Positions 1-7,932 of a stretch of 27,215 bases of DNA are shown piece by piece (within the stretch, counting starts at the first letter, position 1; every line of letters starts with the position of its first letter). Below the pieces are notes generated by a model that was not told the origin of the DNA, made no database searches, and saw only the letters and a program-made list of their open reading frames with translations. A program made the position numbers and the translations under genes. Source of the stretch: a virus (lineage: Duplodnaviria; Caudoviricetes); the IMG/VR virus record IMGVR_UViG_3300045838_000034, positions 1-27,215 of that record. One strand, written 5' to 3'.

Positions 1-918
1 CGGCATGGCCCAGGTAAACCCCTGGGCCCCCTTGACCCCAAACTGGACCGAAAGCCGTATGTAGTCATCCAGAGGAGCCTGCTTGGCCGCTGACAGCAGC
101 GTGATGTTGGGAAAGGTAATCACGTGCTGGTTGCTGGAGGGGCCAATGGTCAACACAGTCGGCCCTAGATCGGTTCCGTTCTTGAAGTCGGCGGCCACCG
201 TCGCGGCGTTGGCATCATCGTAGCGCACCATAAAGCTGCCGGTGATCGCAAACTCACCGCCGATCACGCTCGTCGCCGAGTGCAGCCCCGCCCCAAAGTC
301 CTGCTTGGGGTTGTTGGCGATGGTAAAGGAAAACTGGCTGATCTGCCCGCCCACCGCCGAGAGTCCCGTAATGCTCTGCACGTCGGCCCACGCCAGGGTG
401 GGGTCGGAGGAGGAGAACGTGGGCGTGGGGCTGGTGACGAGTGTCTCCAGGCCGCCCAGGACGCTGAACGCGACCTTCCACTCCGCGTGCGACTGGCAAC
501 TGACCGTCGCCTGAGCGAGCATGCAGTCCTGGTAGGAGTGGGCTTCGAGCGTCCACAGATCGACGATAGTGAGCAGCTTGGGCCGGCTCACGCTGATGGT
601 GTCCACGGCCGGCGTGCCCGCCGTCGTCCCCGTCCCCAGCAAGGCCTCGATGAGCGTGCGGATAGTCGAGGTGCGCAGGTTCGCTTCGAACCCGCCTTGC
701 AGGTGGATCTCGCCGAGCGCACTCTCCTGCTCATCCGCGCGTGTGCCCAGCGCGGTCTTGATCATGTGTGCGCCCGTCACGTACTCGAGGGTATTGGCCG
801 TTTGGTTGATCCAGTTGCCGGCGGTGGCCGGCACGACCACGGGCGTGCCCAGCGTGGACTGCGTGGCGAAGCCCAGTGGGCATTCAGCGCCGATGCGCGC
901 GGCAGGAGTCCCGGGCAT
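1..918 (-). CDS. Major tail tube protein (3' end truncated by window edge)
   Basis: Not in the ORF track. ATG at 918 directly after the stop of 919..1158, preceded by AAGGAGGA; frame open to position 1 (MPGTPARIGAECPLGFATQSTLGTPV...FSFTIANN...ITGSFMVRY...). The N-terminal GxxxQSTxGTP motif, Thr/Gly-rich composition and position after the neck genes fit a tube protein. Confidence 0.75.
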   Translation of the reverse strand, partial: MPGTPAARIGAECPLGFATQSTLGTPVVVPATAGNWINQTANTLEYVTGAHMIKTALGTRADEQESALGEIHLQGGFEANLRTSTIRTLIEALLGTGTTAGTPAVDTISVSRPKLLTIVDLWTLEAHSYQDCMLAQATVSCQSHAEWKVAFSVLGGLETLVTSPTPTFSSSDPTLAWADVQSITGLSAVGGQISQFSFTIANNPKQDFGAGLHSATSVIGGEFAITGSFMVRYDDANAATVAADFKNGTDLGPTVLTIGPSSNQHVITFPNITLLSAAKQAPLDDYIRLSVQFGVKGAQGFTWAMP

Positions 919-1158
919 CTATTCCTCCTTCTGGCTCTGGCCGCCGCGGCCGAACAATCCAGAGCGGCGCTCTGGGCCGGTGTCCTGTGCTCCCTCACCC
1001 GCGCTGAACGGGCTGCCCTCGCCGAGGAGGCCCTCGACGAGCTCGTCCGGCACCTCCTTGCTCTCGCCCGGCTCCCACGACCCCAGGGCGGTGTCGCCGT
1101 CCTGTGCGAGCGTGGGTGTCCAGACGGGCTGCTCGCCGGTATACGTCACCTGTGCCAT
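919..1158 (-). CDS. Small virion-module hypothetical protein (79 aa)
   Basis: AAGGAG RBS; VTYTG...WEPGESKEVPDE pattern typical of small genes preceding tail tube genes; abuts the tube gene start. Confidence 0.65.
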   Translation of the reverse strand: MAQVTYTGEQPVWTPTLAQDGDTALGSWEPGESKEVPDELVEGLLGEGSPFSAGEGAQDTGPERRSGLFGRGGQSQKEE

Positions 1159-1184
1159 GTCTGCGCTCCTTCCGTCACGTCACG

Positions 1185-1679
1185 TCAGGTGGGTAGGCCA
1201 ATGAAGGGGATGCGGATCTGGCAAAAGACCCAGTCCGCGCCCAGCCACTCGCTGAAGAGGCCCTGCGGGTCCCTGATGGTCTCGATGGGCCGCACGATGG
1301 CCCCGACCTGGCCGCCCAGGTGCGCGCCCGCGCGCAGCGTGCTGATGATGGCATTGACGTTGGCGCCCATGTCGGCGTCGATCAGCGCGAGGCTGCGCCC
1401 CTGCTCCTCTGCGGTGCGGTCCAGGTAGTACAGCTCAAGGGTGCCGTCCGCGCGGTCGGAGCCCGCGCCCTCCCACGTCACCTGCGAGACCAGCGGGACG
1501 CTACTGACGAAGATGGCCGGCGTGGGGCCGTCGTAGGGCGGCGCGGGAGCGTAGCAGTTGCCGGCCGCGATCGTGCCAATCCAGCTGCCTCCGACCCTGT
1601 TATTGGCTGCATCCCAAGCCCCTCCAGGGTTTAAGGTTTCAATCAATCCCCTGGCCGCAGCCGTGATGTCAATGGCCAC
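1185..1679 (-). CDS. Putative tail terminator / tail completion protein
   Basis: 164 aa, between gp10-like neck gene and tail tube; PAIFV motif. Assignment mainly by synteny. Confidence 0.55.
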   Translation of the reverse strand: MAIDITAAARGLIETLNPGGAWDAANNRVGGSWIGTIAAGNCYAPAPPYDGPTPAIFVSSVPLVSQVTWEGAGSDRADGTLELYYLDRTAEEQGRSLALIDADMGANVNAIISTLRAGAHLGGQVGAIVRPIETIRDPQGLFSEWLGADWVFCQIRIPFIGLPT

Positions 1680-2141
1680 TTAGCTCCCCAGTTGCTTGCT
1701 CAGGGCGACGTAGGCGGCGCCGCCGGCAGCCACGACGCTGCGCGCGATGCGCTCCAGCGCCGCCACCAGAGCCGCGGTGGGCCGTGTGCCGGGATGGTGC
1801 ACCAGGGGCGCGTAGACGGCCCGACCACCGACCTCGAAGCGCAGTGCGCGTGCGGTGCGCGCCCGGATCTCGTGCGGGCGTGTCCCGCTGAACAGATAGG
1901 GCACGTAGGGCTTCTGGTTGCTCACCTTGACCGTGCGCACGGACGGCAGGTAGTCAGCTCTCCAGGCAGCGCGGGCCTGCCCGGTACGCACCGGCGTGGC
2001 ATCACGGAGCTCGCGCACGGCCGTCGTGCCCCACTGCTGCACGGCAGCGGCGAGGGCGTCGCCGGCATCCGCACGCGCCCACCTGCCGGCCGCATCACGC
2101 CACTGGGGCATCACGCGTGCCTCGACGTCCAGGCCGGGCAT
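1680..2141 (-). CDS. HK97 gp10-like neck/tail-completion protein
   Basis: TPVRTGQARAAW, YVPYLFSGTRPHEIR and VHHPGT motifs characteristic of the gp10-like family. Confidence 0.8.
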   Translation of the reverse strand: MPGLDVEARVMPQWRDAAGRWARADAGDALAAAVQQWGTTAVRELRDATPVRTGQARAAWRADYLPSVRTVKVSNQKPYVPYLFSGTRPHEIRARTARALRFEVGGRAVYAPLVHHPGTRPTAALVAALERIARSVVAAGGAAYVALSKQLGS

Positions 2142-2455
2142 CAGGGTTGTGTCCCGCCGTACCCGGTGAGCTCCACGGAGGTCAGCGCCAGAGGCGCCGG
2201 TAGGCGGTCCACGAGGCCCACGGCGTAGCGCACGGGATGCACCGCCCCGGTCTGGCCATCCAGGGCCACGATGGTGAGCACATCACCGCTCTTGTAATCG
2301 GCGCCCACGGTGTCCCACAAGCGCACGGGCACCTCTGCGCCCTGCGCCATCAGACGCTGCTGCATGGTCGGAAAATCGAGCTGCGCTCTGCGATTGGTGA
2401 GCACAGCGGACCCGGCCCGCGTGGTACTAATCGTGGCGTTGCAGAAGGGGACCAC
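2141..2455 (-). CDS. Putative head-closure (stopper) protein
   Basis: 104 aa, beta-rich, DYKSGDVL motif; TGATG coupling to the gp10-like gene; synteny. Confidence 0.55.
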   Translation of the reverse strand: MVPFCNATISTTRAGSAVLTNRRAQLDFPTMQQRLMAQGAEVPVRLWDTVGADYKSGDVLTIVALDGQTGAVHPVRYAVGLVDRLPAPLALTSVELTGYGGTQP

Positions 2456-2464
2456 TCGTGTGCG

Positions 2465-2713
2465 CTATCCTTCTGGCGTGCGGCGTGCGGGCGGGGCCGG
2501 AGCGCCGGGTACCCGCGCCAGCGGGTGCGAAGCGCTCGGCTCCCCCGTGGGCGGCGTGCGGACGTAGCCGGTCCTCTTGTGCCACGCGTCCCAGGATTGC
2601 GCCGTGCGCTCATCGCGGCGTGCCAACCAGCAGCCTGCACACCAGCGGCGCCGATACGCCTTGCCCGCCACAAAGGTGCGGCCACACCCCGCGCAGCAGC
2701 GCTCTTGCGCCAT
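2465..2713 (-). CDS. Small zinc-ribbon protein (CxxCGxxF...CxxC)
   Basis: ATG 2713 with AGGAG/AGGA RBS; MAQERCCAGCGRTF...WCAGCW. Confidence 0.6.
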   Translation of the reverse strand: MAQERCCAGCGRTFVAGKAYRRRWCAGCWLARRDERTAQSWDAWHKRTGYVRTPPTGEPSASHPLARVPGAPAPPARRTPEG

Positions 2714-2720
2714 CGAGATC

Positions 2721-2954
2721 CTACTCCTGCACCGCACAGAGCAGACGCGGATCCAGCTCCGCTGCACCGCCAACGGCGTAGGGCGGCGCCGCCGGGGCAT
2801 CGCCTGAGCCTGGACGGCGCGCTCTCTGACTCACGTAGAGCAGGTGGCTGGCCGTCGCCTGGTCCGGCGCACGCAGGCGCACCCGGTACACCGTCTCGTG
2901 CTCGTCCTGCGCGGCCACCTCGACGGCGACCACGAGCCATCTCTGCCGGCTCAT
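2721..2954 (-). CDS. Hypothetical protein (77 aa)
   Basis: ATG 2954 in ATGA overlap with upstream stop at 2951; MSRQRWLVVAVEVAAQDEHETVYRVRLR. Confidence 0.55.
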   Translation of the reverse strand: MSRQRWLVVAVEVAAQDEHETVYRVRLRAPDQATASHLLYVSQRARRPGSGDAPAAPPYAVGGAAELDPRLLCAVQE

Positions 2955-3085
2955 CTGAGGCGAGAGGCGTGGGGCGAGAGCCCACAGAGACCGCACTCCG
3001 GGGGCCCATGCACGCGACCTGCACAGGCCCCCGGCCCACGGTCCGAGGAGGGGTGGGTGCAGAAAGATTGCATCAGGCGTGGCAT
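2951..3085 (-). CDS. Small Cys/His-containing hypothetical protein (44 aa)
   Basis: GGAGG RBS, ATG 3085 just after the upstream stop, ATGA coupling to the next gene. Confidence 0.4.
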   Translation of the reverse strand: MPRLMQSFCTHPSSDRGPGACAGRVHGPPECGLCGLSPHASRLR

Positions 3086-3086
3086 G

Positions 3087-3314
3087 CTAGTGGGCCTCCC
3101 CTGCATCTGAGTCGCCGCCGAGGGGGATCCAGTTGAGCACGGTATGGTACGGGAACGTGTGCGCGGCCTGGTCCAGCGCCCGCAGATCATCCTCCAGGCG
3201 CTCGATCTCGCGCAGACAGTCGAGGGGGACGCGCCGCCTGATCTCCTCACGCCGCAGCATCCAGTGTCCGTGCCCGTCGTAGGCCACCCAGACGACGTAA
3301 TAGCGGCGCGCCAT
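3087..3314 (-). CDS. Hypothetical protein (75 aa)
   Basis: GAGGAAGG RBS; protein-like composition; first gene after the AT-rich patch at 3385-3425. Confidence 0.6.
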   Translation of the reverse strand: MARRYYVVWVAYDGHGHWMLRREEIRRRVPLDCLREIERLEDDLRALDQAAHTFPYHTVLNWIPLGGDSDAGEAH

Positions 3315-3384
3315 GCTGTGGCCTTCCTCGTGTCGTGCCTGGGTAGGCCAGCCCGAAGAGGGGATAGCGCAGCGGCCCGGCCTG

Positions 3385-3425
3385 CCCTATAGTAGGACTA
3401 CTACTCAATTCAATTCAGTTGCTCA
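3385..3425. promoter_or_regulatory. AT-rich divergent promoter region
   Basis: ctatagtaggactactactcaattcaattcagtt in a very GC-rich background, between divergent genes (3314 minus, 3448 plus). TTGAAT and TACTAT/TATAGG-like boxes on minus; TATAGT on plus. Confidence 0.55.
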
Positions 3426-3447
3426 ACCACGCAGAGGAGGGGACGCG

Positions 3448-3627
3448 ATGAGAGTGCTCCTTGCCTTGGGGCTGGCCACGTACTGGGCGGCGCACCCGCA
3501 CCTGGTGCAGCGCATCCTGGCCCTCGTCACGCTGGCCGCGAGCGCGCTGACGCATCTGGGTGGTGGCCATGCAGGCGGGCCGGACGTGCAGACCACCGCC
3601 GTGCTGCTGGGCTCACACTGGAATTAG
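3448..3627 (+). CDS. Small hydrophobic protein (59 aa), antisense to the late operon
   Basis: GGAGG RBS before ATG 3448; MRVLLALGLATYWAAHPHLVQRILALVTLAASAL. Confidence 0.55.
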   Translation: MRVLLALGLATYWAAHPHLVQRILALVTLAASALTHLGGGHAGGPDVQTTAVLLGSHWN

Positions 3628-3643
3628 CGACCCGACGCTCGCT

Positions 3644-3760
3644 CTAGAATAGGCGCGCCAGGCCAAGCGCGACGAGGAGGACGACGACGAACAGGCCGGC
3701 GCACAGAAGCACCACCAGGAGGCCCTGCAAGACGGACAAGGGGTCGTTGTAGGGGTTCAG
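3644..3760 (-). CDS. Small single-TM peptide (38 aa), probable CTG start
   Basis: AGGAGG followed 5 nt later by CTG; (M)NPYNDPLSVLQGLLVVLLCAGLFVVVLLVALGLARLF. Not in the ORF track. Confidence 0.5.
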   Translation of the reverse strand: MNPYNDPLSVLQGLLVVLLCAGLFVVVLLVALGLARLF

Positions 3761-3789
3761 CCTCTCCTCCTGTCCTCGTGCTCTCACTC

Positions 3790-4368
3790 TCAGGCAGGCA
3801 GGCGGATCGAGCACGGCACCTCATCGCCCCAGACATCCCAGCCAAGCCGCTGCCGCCGCGCGAACAACTCTAGGCGCGGCCCCTCGCTCACCTGCTCGAT
3901 GAGGTCAAGGAAGGCCTCTGGCTTCACGCTGTGGGCGCGGGTGCGCTTCCACTGGAACCACGTGCTAGGGACGCGCCGCTTGTGGGGCATGCGTCCACGC
4001 CTGCCCAGCAGCGCGAACTCTGTCGTGGGCGTGAACAGGCCGCCCTGCCCCGTGCCGCGTGGCGTCTTGCACCAGACGAGGGTCTGACAGTACCGAAAGC
4101 CCCACGCCTCCAGCACGCCAAAGGCGGCCGGCAGAAACCGCTGTGTGGTCCACAAGTACAGATCACAGTCTTCGGCGGCCATCCGGGCCACGGGCAAGGC
4201 CGCGATCTGGCGCACGCTCAGCTGCTCATAGGGCATCGGGAACGACGCCGCCCACTGTCCTTTGGGAAACTTGCGTCGAGCCGCGGGCGTGTCGCTGGCG
4301 CCGTCCCAGTCGCGGCGGTAGGGCCAAGGCGGATCGGCGACGATGGTACGATAGCCACTCCTGTCCAT
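3790..4368 (-). CDS. MT-A70 family (N6-adenine) methyltransferase
   Basis: IVADPPW, LYLWTT, AWGFRY, WCK, TEFALLG, HSVKP and RLELFAR...GWDVWGDE: full MT-A70 motif set. Confidence 0.92.
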   Translation of the reverse strand: MDRSGYRTIVADPPWPYRRDWDGASDTPAARRKFPKGQWAASFPMPYEQLSVRQIAALPVARMAAEDCDLYLWTTQRFLPAAFGVLEAWGFRYCQTLVWCKTPRGTGQGGLFTPTTEFALLGRRGRMPHKRRVPSTWFQWKRTRAHSVKPEAFLDLIEQVSEGPRLELFARRQRLGWDVWGDEVPCSIRLPA

Positions 4369-4389
4369 GGGCTCCTCATCTCAGGCATC

Positions 4390-4554
4390 TCAGCGCAGCA
4401 CGCCCACCGCGTAGAGCAGGACCACGACCACGATGAGGATCAGCAGGGGGCTCCATCCGTAGTACCCCCAGCCGCTACCGCCCCAGGTGCCAAAGGCGCC
4501 GCCGGCCACGGCGAGGACCAGCAGGATGACCAGGACGATCCACAACAACGACAC
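4390..4554 (-). CDS. Small two-TM membrane protein, DUF3309-like (54 aa)
   Basis: GTG 4554 with AAGGAG RBS; two hydrophobic helices around a WGGSGWGYYGWSP loop. Confidence 0.65.
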   Translation of the reverse strand: MSLLWIVLVILLVLAVAGGAFGTWGGSGWGYYGWSPLLILIVVVVLLYAVGVLR

Positions 4555-4609
4555 GGCGGGACTCCTTGGGGCCTGTCCCCAGAGCGACACGCTGTCCGCG
4601 CCTTGTGGC

Positions 4610-5044
4610 TCAGACGACGAGCTGCAACCGTGGCTGCACACGCGCACATCTCGCCTGAGCCAGACGCAGATAATCGGGCTGCAAGTCAATGCCGATGGCC
4701 CGCCGGCCCTCCTCCAGCGCCACCATGAGCGTGGTCCCGCTCCCAGCAAAGCAATCGAGGACCGTGGCCGGCACGATGGGGGCGTCTGGGCCGCAGGAGC
4801 AGGTGGGCTGCCAGCCAGTCGTGCTCACAGACACGCCGGCCACGCCATTCGGCATCTTGGTGAACCCGTCATGCCGGCCGCCGCGGTCCCGCTCGCGTGC
4901 ATCTCCATCCGGGCGAGGCCGTGCCAGCGCCAGGCGATCCACCACCCGCCGCCATGGCGCCCCACACTGCACCGCGACCTCCTCGAAATACTGTCGTAGC
5001 TCGGCCGGGATGTCCTTGGGGTCAAAGAGTTGGTCCCCGCACAC
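4610..5044 (-). CDS. C-terminal half of split beta-class DNA methyltransferase A (SAM-binding motif I)
   Basis: CGAPWRRVV...TTGWQPTCSC...VLDCFAGSGTT...GRRAIGIDL. Likely start GTG 5044 with GGAAGGGG RBS 9 nt upstream; the frame is closed upstream by a stop at 5303-5305. Confidence 0.8.
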   Translation of the reverse strand: MCGDQLFDPKDIPAELRQYFEEVAVQCGAPWRRVVDRLALARPRPDGDARERDRGGRHDGFTKMPNGVAGVSVSTTGWQPTCSCGPDAPIVPATVLDCFAGSGTTLMVALEEGRRAIGIDLQPDYLRLAQARCARVQPRLQLVV

Positions 5045-6029
5045 CGTGCAGTGCCCCTTCCCTGGTATCGTGGGACGCGCTATAAGAGAGGCGTGAAAGC
5101 CTGCGCCCACTGCGGTGCGCTCTTTCAGCCCGCGCGCAAGCACCCCAAGCAAAAGTACTGCGGCGCAGCCTGCCGCGATGCGGCCAGAGTCACGCATGTG
5201 ACGCAGCCGTGTAGCGAATGCGGCCGGCCTGTGACGCGCATGAGGAGTCGTGCCCAACAACTGGAGCACGCCTACTGTCGCGCGGCTTGCCGATCTGCCT
5301 GGCTAGGCGCGCACCGTCGCGGGCCAGCGCACAAGCAGTGGACGCGTGTCAGCATCCTGTGTGATGCCTGTGGCGCCCTACTGTGGCGGCAACCAGCAAA
5401 GATCCGCCAGCACAACTTCTGCGGGCCAGCGTGCCGCACGCGGTGGCAGCAAGAGTCCGGCTATACGTCCGGTGCACTGAGCGCCGCGTGGCGCGGAGGC
5501 GCATCACACTATCGCGGGCCGAACTGGCGGCAACAACGCCATCTGTGCTTGCGACGCGATGGGGGTGCCTGCCAGCGTTGCGGTGCGGCCACGTGCGTGG
5601 ACGTGCATCACCGCCGGCCCTCTCAGACGTTCACCTCGCACCTGGAAGCCAATGACCTGTGCACCCTAATCACGCTCTGCACGAGGTGCCACACGCTGGC
5701 TGACGGGGCGTATCGCCGCGCGCATCCCGATGATCCGCGCTTGGTCCCAGCGTGTGAGCGCGTGCACGTGTGCGAGAATTGCGGCGAGCCGTTCATCGCA
5801 CGCGGCCCACGTGCGAAGCGCTGCGACCGCTGTTGGCAGCGCGTCTGCCTGACGTGCGGCAAGATATTCCGTCCGGCGGCATGGCGCGAGGTGGGGCACT
5901 ACTGCTCGCGCGCCTGTGCTGGTACGCCGACTAAGAGGCCAGCCCGCGCCGTCTCAGATAACCCATAACCCTGGCCTGCGCCTCAGGCGTCAGGTCACTG
6001 CGCAGCCTGAGCTTCTTGACCATCGCGCC
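4973..6029. mobile_element. Inferred HNH endonuclease insertion splitting MTase A inside a CxxC motif
   Basis: Removing 4973-6029 in silico restores AGTSEHGVC-VQ-CGAPWRRVV; the interval is filled by the antisense HNH gene. Boundaries uncertain by a few codons. Confidence 0.65.
5093..5968 (+). CDS. HNH endonuclease with multiple CxxC...CxxxC zinc fingers
   Basis: GTG 5093 with GAGAGG RBS; three N-terminal fingers, WRGG...RGPNW...RDGGACQRCG...VDVHH...NDLCTLITLCTRCH core, two C-terminal fingers. TG-G-TATCGT (5063-5071) and TATAAG (5081-5086) upstream. Confidence 0.85.
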   Translation: MKACAHCGALFQPARKHPKQKYCGAACRDAARVTHVTQPCSECGRPVTRMRSRAQQLEHAYCRAACRSAWLGAHRRGPAHKQWTRVSILCDACGALLWRQPAKIRQHNFCGPACRTRWQQESGYTSGALSAAWRGGASHYRGPNWRQQRHLCLRRDGGACQRCGAATCVDVHHRRPSQTFTSHLEANDLCTLITLCTRCHTLADGAYRRAHPDDPRLVPACERVHVCENCGEPFIARGPRAKRCDRCWQRVCLTCGKIFRPAAWREVGHYCSRACAGTPTKRPARAVSDNP

Positions 6030-7904
6030 GCATACCCCATGCTCAGAAGTGCCGGCACGGATCATGGGCCGCACCAGCTCGGGCGGGAAGGCAGCGTAGT
6101 GTTCCACCATGTCCAAGCCGTATTTCTTCGAGGACAGAGGGGCGGTGGCGACGGTCCAGACGGAGCGGGCATTGCGACCGGCGGGGTGCTGACCACCGCT
6201 GAAGCGGGAGGCGTCGCCCGCATGCTGGACGACCAGATGCTTGCCCTGCGTGCGGTAGCGCAGCGCCTCTGTGGTGAACTTGTGCAGGCTGCTGGCGTGT
6301 GGCTCCCTGATCGCGTCCTGGTCGTAGTAGTATCTCGGGCGCCTGGCCAGCATGAACACCGTCTCGTGCGCCCGCGTGCAGCGGTCTTTGACCGACTCGG
6401 GCATGGGATTGGGCTTCGAGTTGGCGGTGAGCACGCCCGAGGCCAGGGCGAACAGGTGTGGCTCATCGGCCACACCGACGTGCCAGAACTGGCGAGCCCT
6501 GGATCGCCGGATGGCCACAACCGTGGCGCGGTCCTTCTCGCTGTGATGGCCTGAGCGCGTCCAGCGCAGCTCACCTCGATAGATGGGCCAGCGCTTGCCC
6601 CATGCCGCCGTACTCGTGGCCTGGAGCGTTAAGGTTGCGCCCAAGCGCGCAGCGAGGGTGCGCAGATCAGCGGCGAGGGCATCGTTGCGCGTGAAGGCAA
6701 GGCGCCAGCGGTCGTTGGCCACGTCCCTGCTGCCATCGCCGGCCAGGTAGCCATCGAGCAAGGCGCGCAAGAAGTCGTCAGAGCGATCCCAGCATGCCGG
6801 CTTGAGGTGCTTCGTGCGGGCCGAGGAGCCGCCCACGTAGGCGTTGACGACGGCATAAGGGATACCGCCCTCAACCTGTATGCTGGCCGCATTGCCACGC
6901 CCGACGTGCGCCCAGACGGTACCATGATACGCCTCGGCGAAGCGCTGGAGCGCCGGCAAGCGATAGACCGTCTGATCGCGATGACCGGCAAAGCGCATGT
7001 GCCTGAACCGGTTGCGGCTTCCTTCAGCCAGATACAAGCCGCAGACCCAGCCGACGAGGCGGTCATCAAGTGCTTCGGGGCTTGCTGCCGCGGGCTCGGG
7101 CAACCGGCACGTCTGCAAGACATCGCCGACGCGTAGGTCGTCGGCCCGCACGAGGCCGCGCTGCGTCGGCCACTGGTGATGGCCGGTACAGCCGATGCGC
7201 TCACCACTGCGCAGCTCTATCTCAAGCGCGCCTTCGCGGTCTTCAGCGCGAGACCAGCCCAGCACCTGCGTCCAGCACTCGCCGGTCCAAAGTTGGACTG
7301 TCTCCGGCCGCAAGCGGACGAGATCCTTGAGCGTGATGGGCATCTCGCCCTTTTGTGTCTTGGCGTAGACGCGGGTGCCACCGGATAGGCACCAGATAAT
7401 CTCCGACCGCACGATCCAACCAGCTTCCTGTAGCGCAAACGCTACTTTCCACGGTGCGCCCAGGAGCTGCTTGTCAGGGCCGAAGCCATCGCCAAGAACC
7501 AGCCAAAGAGTCCCATCGTCTCTGAGAACTCTTTTGACTTGGCCGAAGACCTCTACTAGTATTCTAACATAGTCGTCAAGAGTCTTCTCATGCCCTATCT
7601 GACCGTCCGCTTGGTAGTCGCGAAGATTCCAATATGGAGGACTCGTACAACAGCAGTGCACGCTGTGCTCAGGCAACGTCGCAAGAACCTGCCGTGCGTC
7701 GCCGCAGAGCAGCCGCAGAGCGTCGTCGCAGATGGCCGTGCTCCTCCGAGAACGAGGGTCTGCTGTGCGCCGGGCCGGGGCAGGGACCGCCGGCCGGGCG
7801 CGCGGGGCGGCCCTCGCCGACCACGCCACCGCGCGCTCCAGCGGACGGCTGAGGAGGGACACGCGCCGCACGCGCACCCCCAAGAGGAGGAGCCGCCGCG
7901 GCAT
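5931..7904 (-). CDS. N-terminal half of split beta-class (N4C/N6A, SPPY) DNA methyltransferase A, intein-containing; true start probably near 7733
   Basis: GDARQVL...TSPPYW...GTLWLVLGD...IIW/SKPNPMPES...HETVFML...RSVW...HYAAFPPEL; lacks motif I (FxGxG), which lies in 4610..5044. Confidence 0.88.
   Translation of the reverse strand: MPRRLLLLGVRVRRVSLLSRPLERAVAWSARAAPRARPAVPAPARRTADPRSRRSTAICDDALRLLCGDARQVLATLPEHSVHCCCTSPPYWNLRDYQADGQIGHEKTLDDYVRILVEVFGQVKRVLRDDGTLWLVLGDGFGPDKQLLGAPWKVAFALQEAGWIVRSEIIWCLSGGTRVYAKTQKGEMPITLKDLVRLRPETVQLWTGECWTQVLGWSRAEDREGALEIELRSGERIGCTGHHQWPTQRGLVRADDLRVGDVLQTCRLPEPAAASPEALDDRLVGWVCGLYLAEGSRNRFRHMRFAGHRDQTVYRLPALQRFAEAYHGTVWAHVGRGNAASIQVEGGIPYAVVNAYVGGSSARTKHLKPACWDRSDDFLRALLDGYLAGDGSRDVANDRWRLAFTRNDALAADLRTLAARLGATLTLQATSTAAWGKRWPIYRGELRWTRSGHHSEKDRATVVAIRRSRARQFWHVGVADEPHLFALASGVLTANSKPNPMPESVKDRCTRAHETVFMLARRPRYYYDQDAIREPHASSLHKFTTEALRYRTQGKHLVVQHAGDASRFSGGQHPAGRNARSVWTVATAPLSSKKYGLDMVEHYAAFPPELVRPMIRAGTSEHGVCGAMVKKLRLRSDLTPEAQARVMGYLRRRGLAS
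6420..7391 (-). mobile_element. Intein with LAGLIDADG homing endonuclease (324 aa)
   Basis: Starts CLSGGTRV after IIW; block B CTGHH; LAGLIDADG motifs GLYLAEGS and DGYLAGDGS; ends LASGVLTAN followed by +1 Ser; removal restores IIW-SKPNPMPES. Confidence 0.92.
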
Positions 7905-7932
7905 CAGGCGGCGCGTGAGCGGTCCTGATGAC

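Noticed and set aside
4973-6029. Self-splicing intron or contiguous read-through in MTase A
   Set aside because: The interval is almost fully occupied by an antisense ORF; the two MTase halves are in different frames with stops at 5931, 5666 and 5303.
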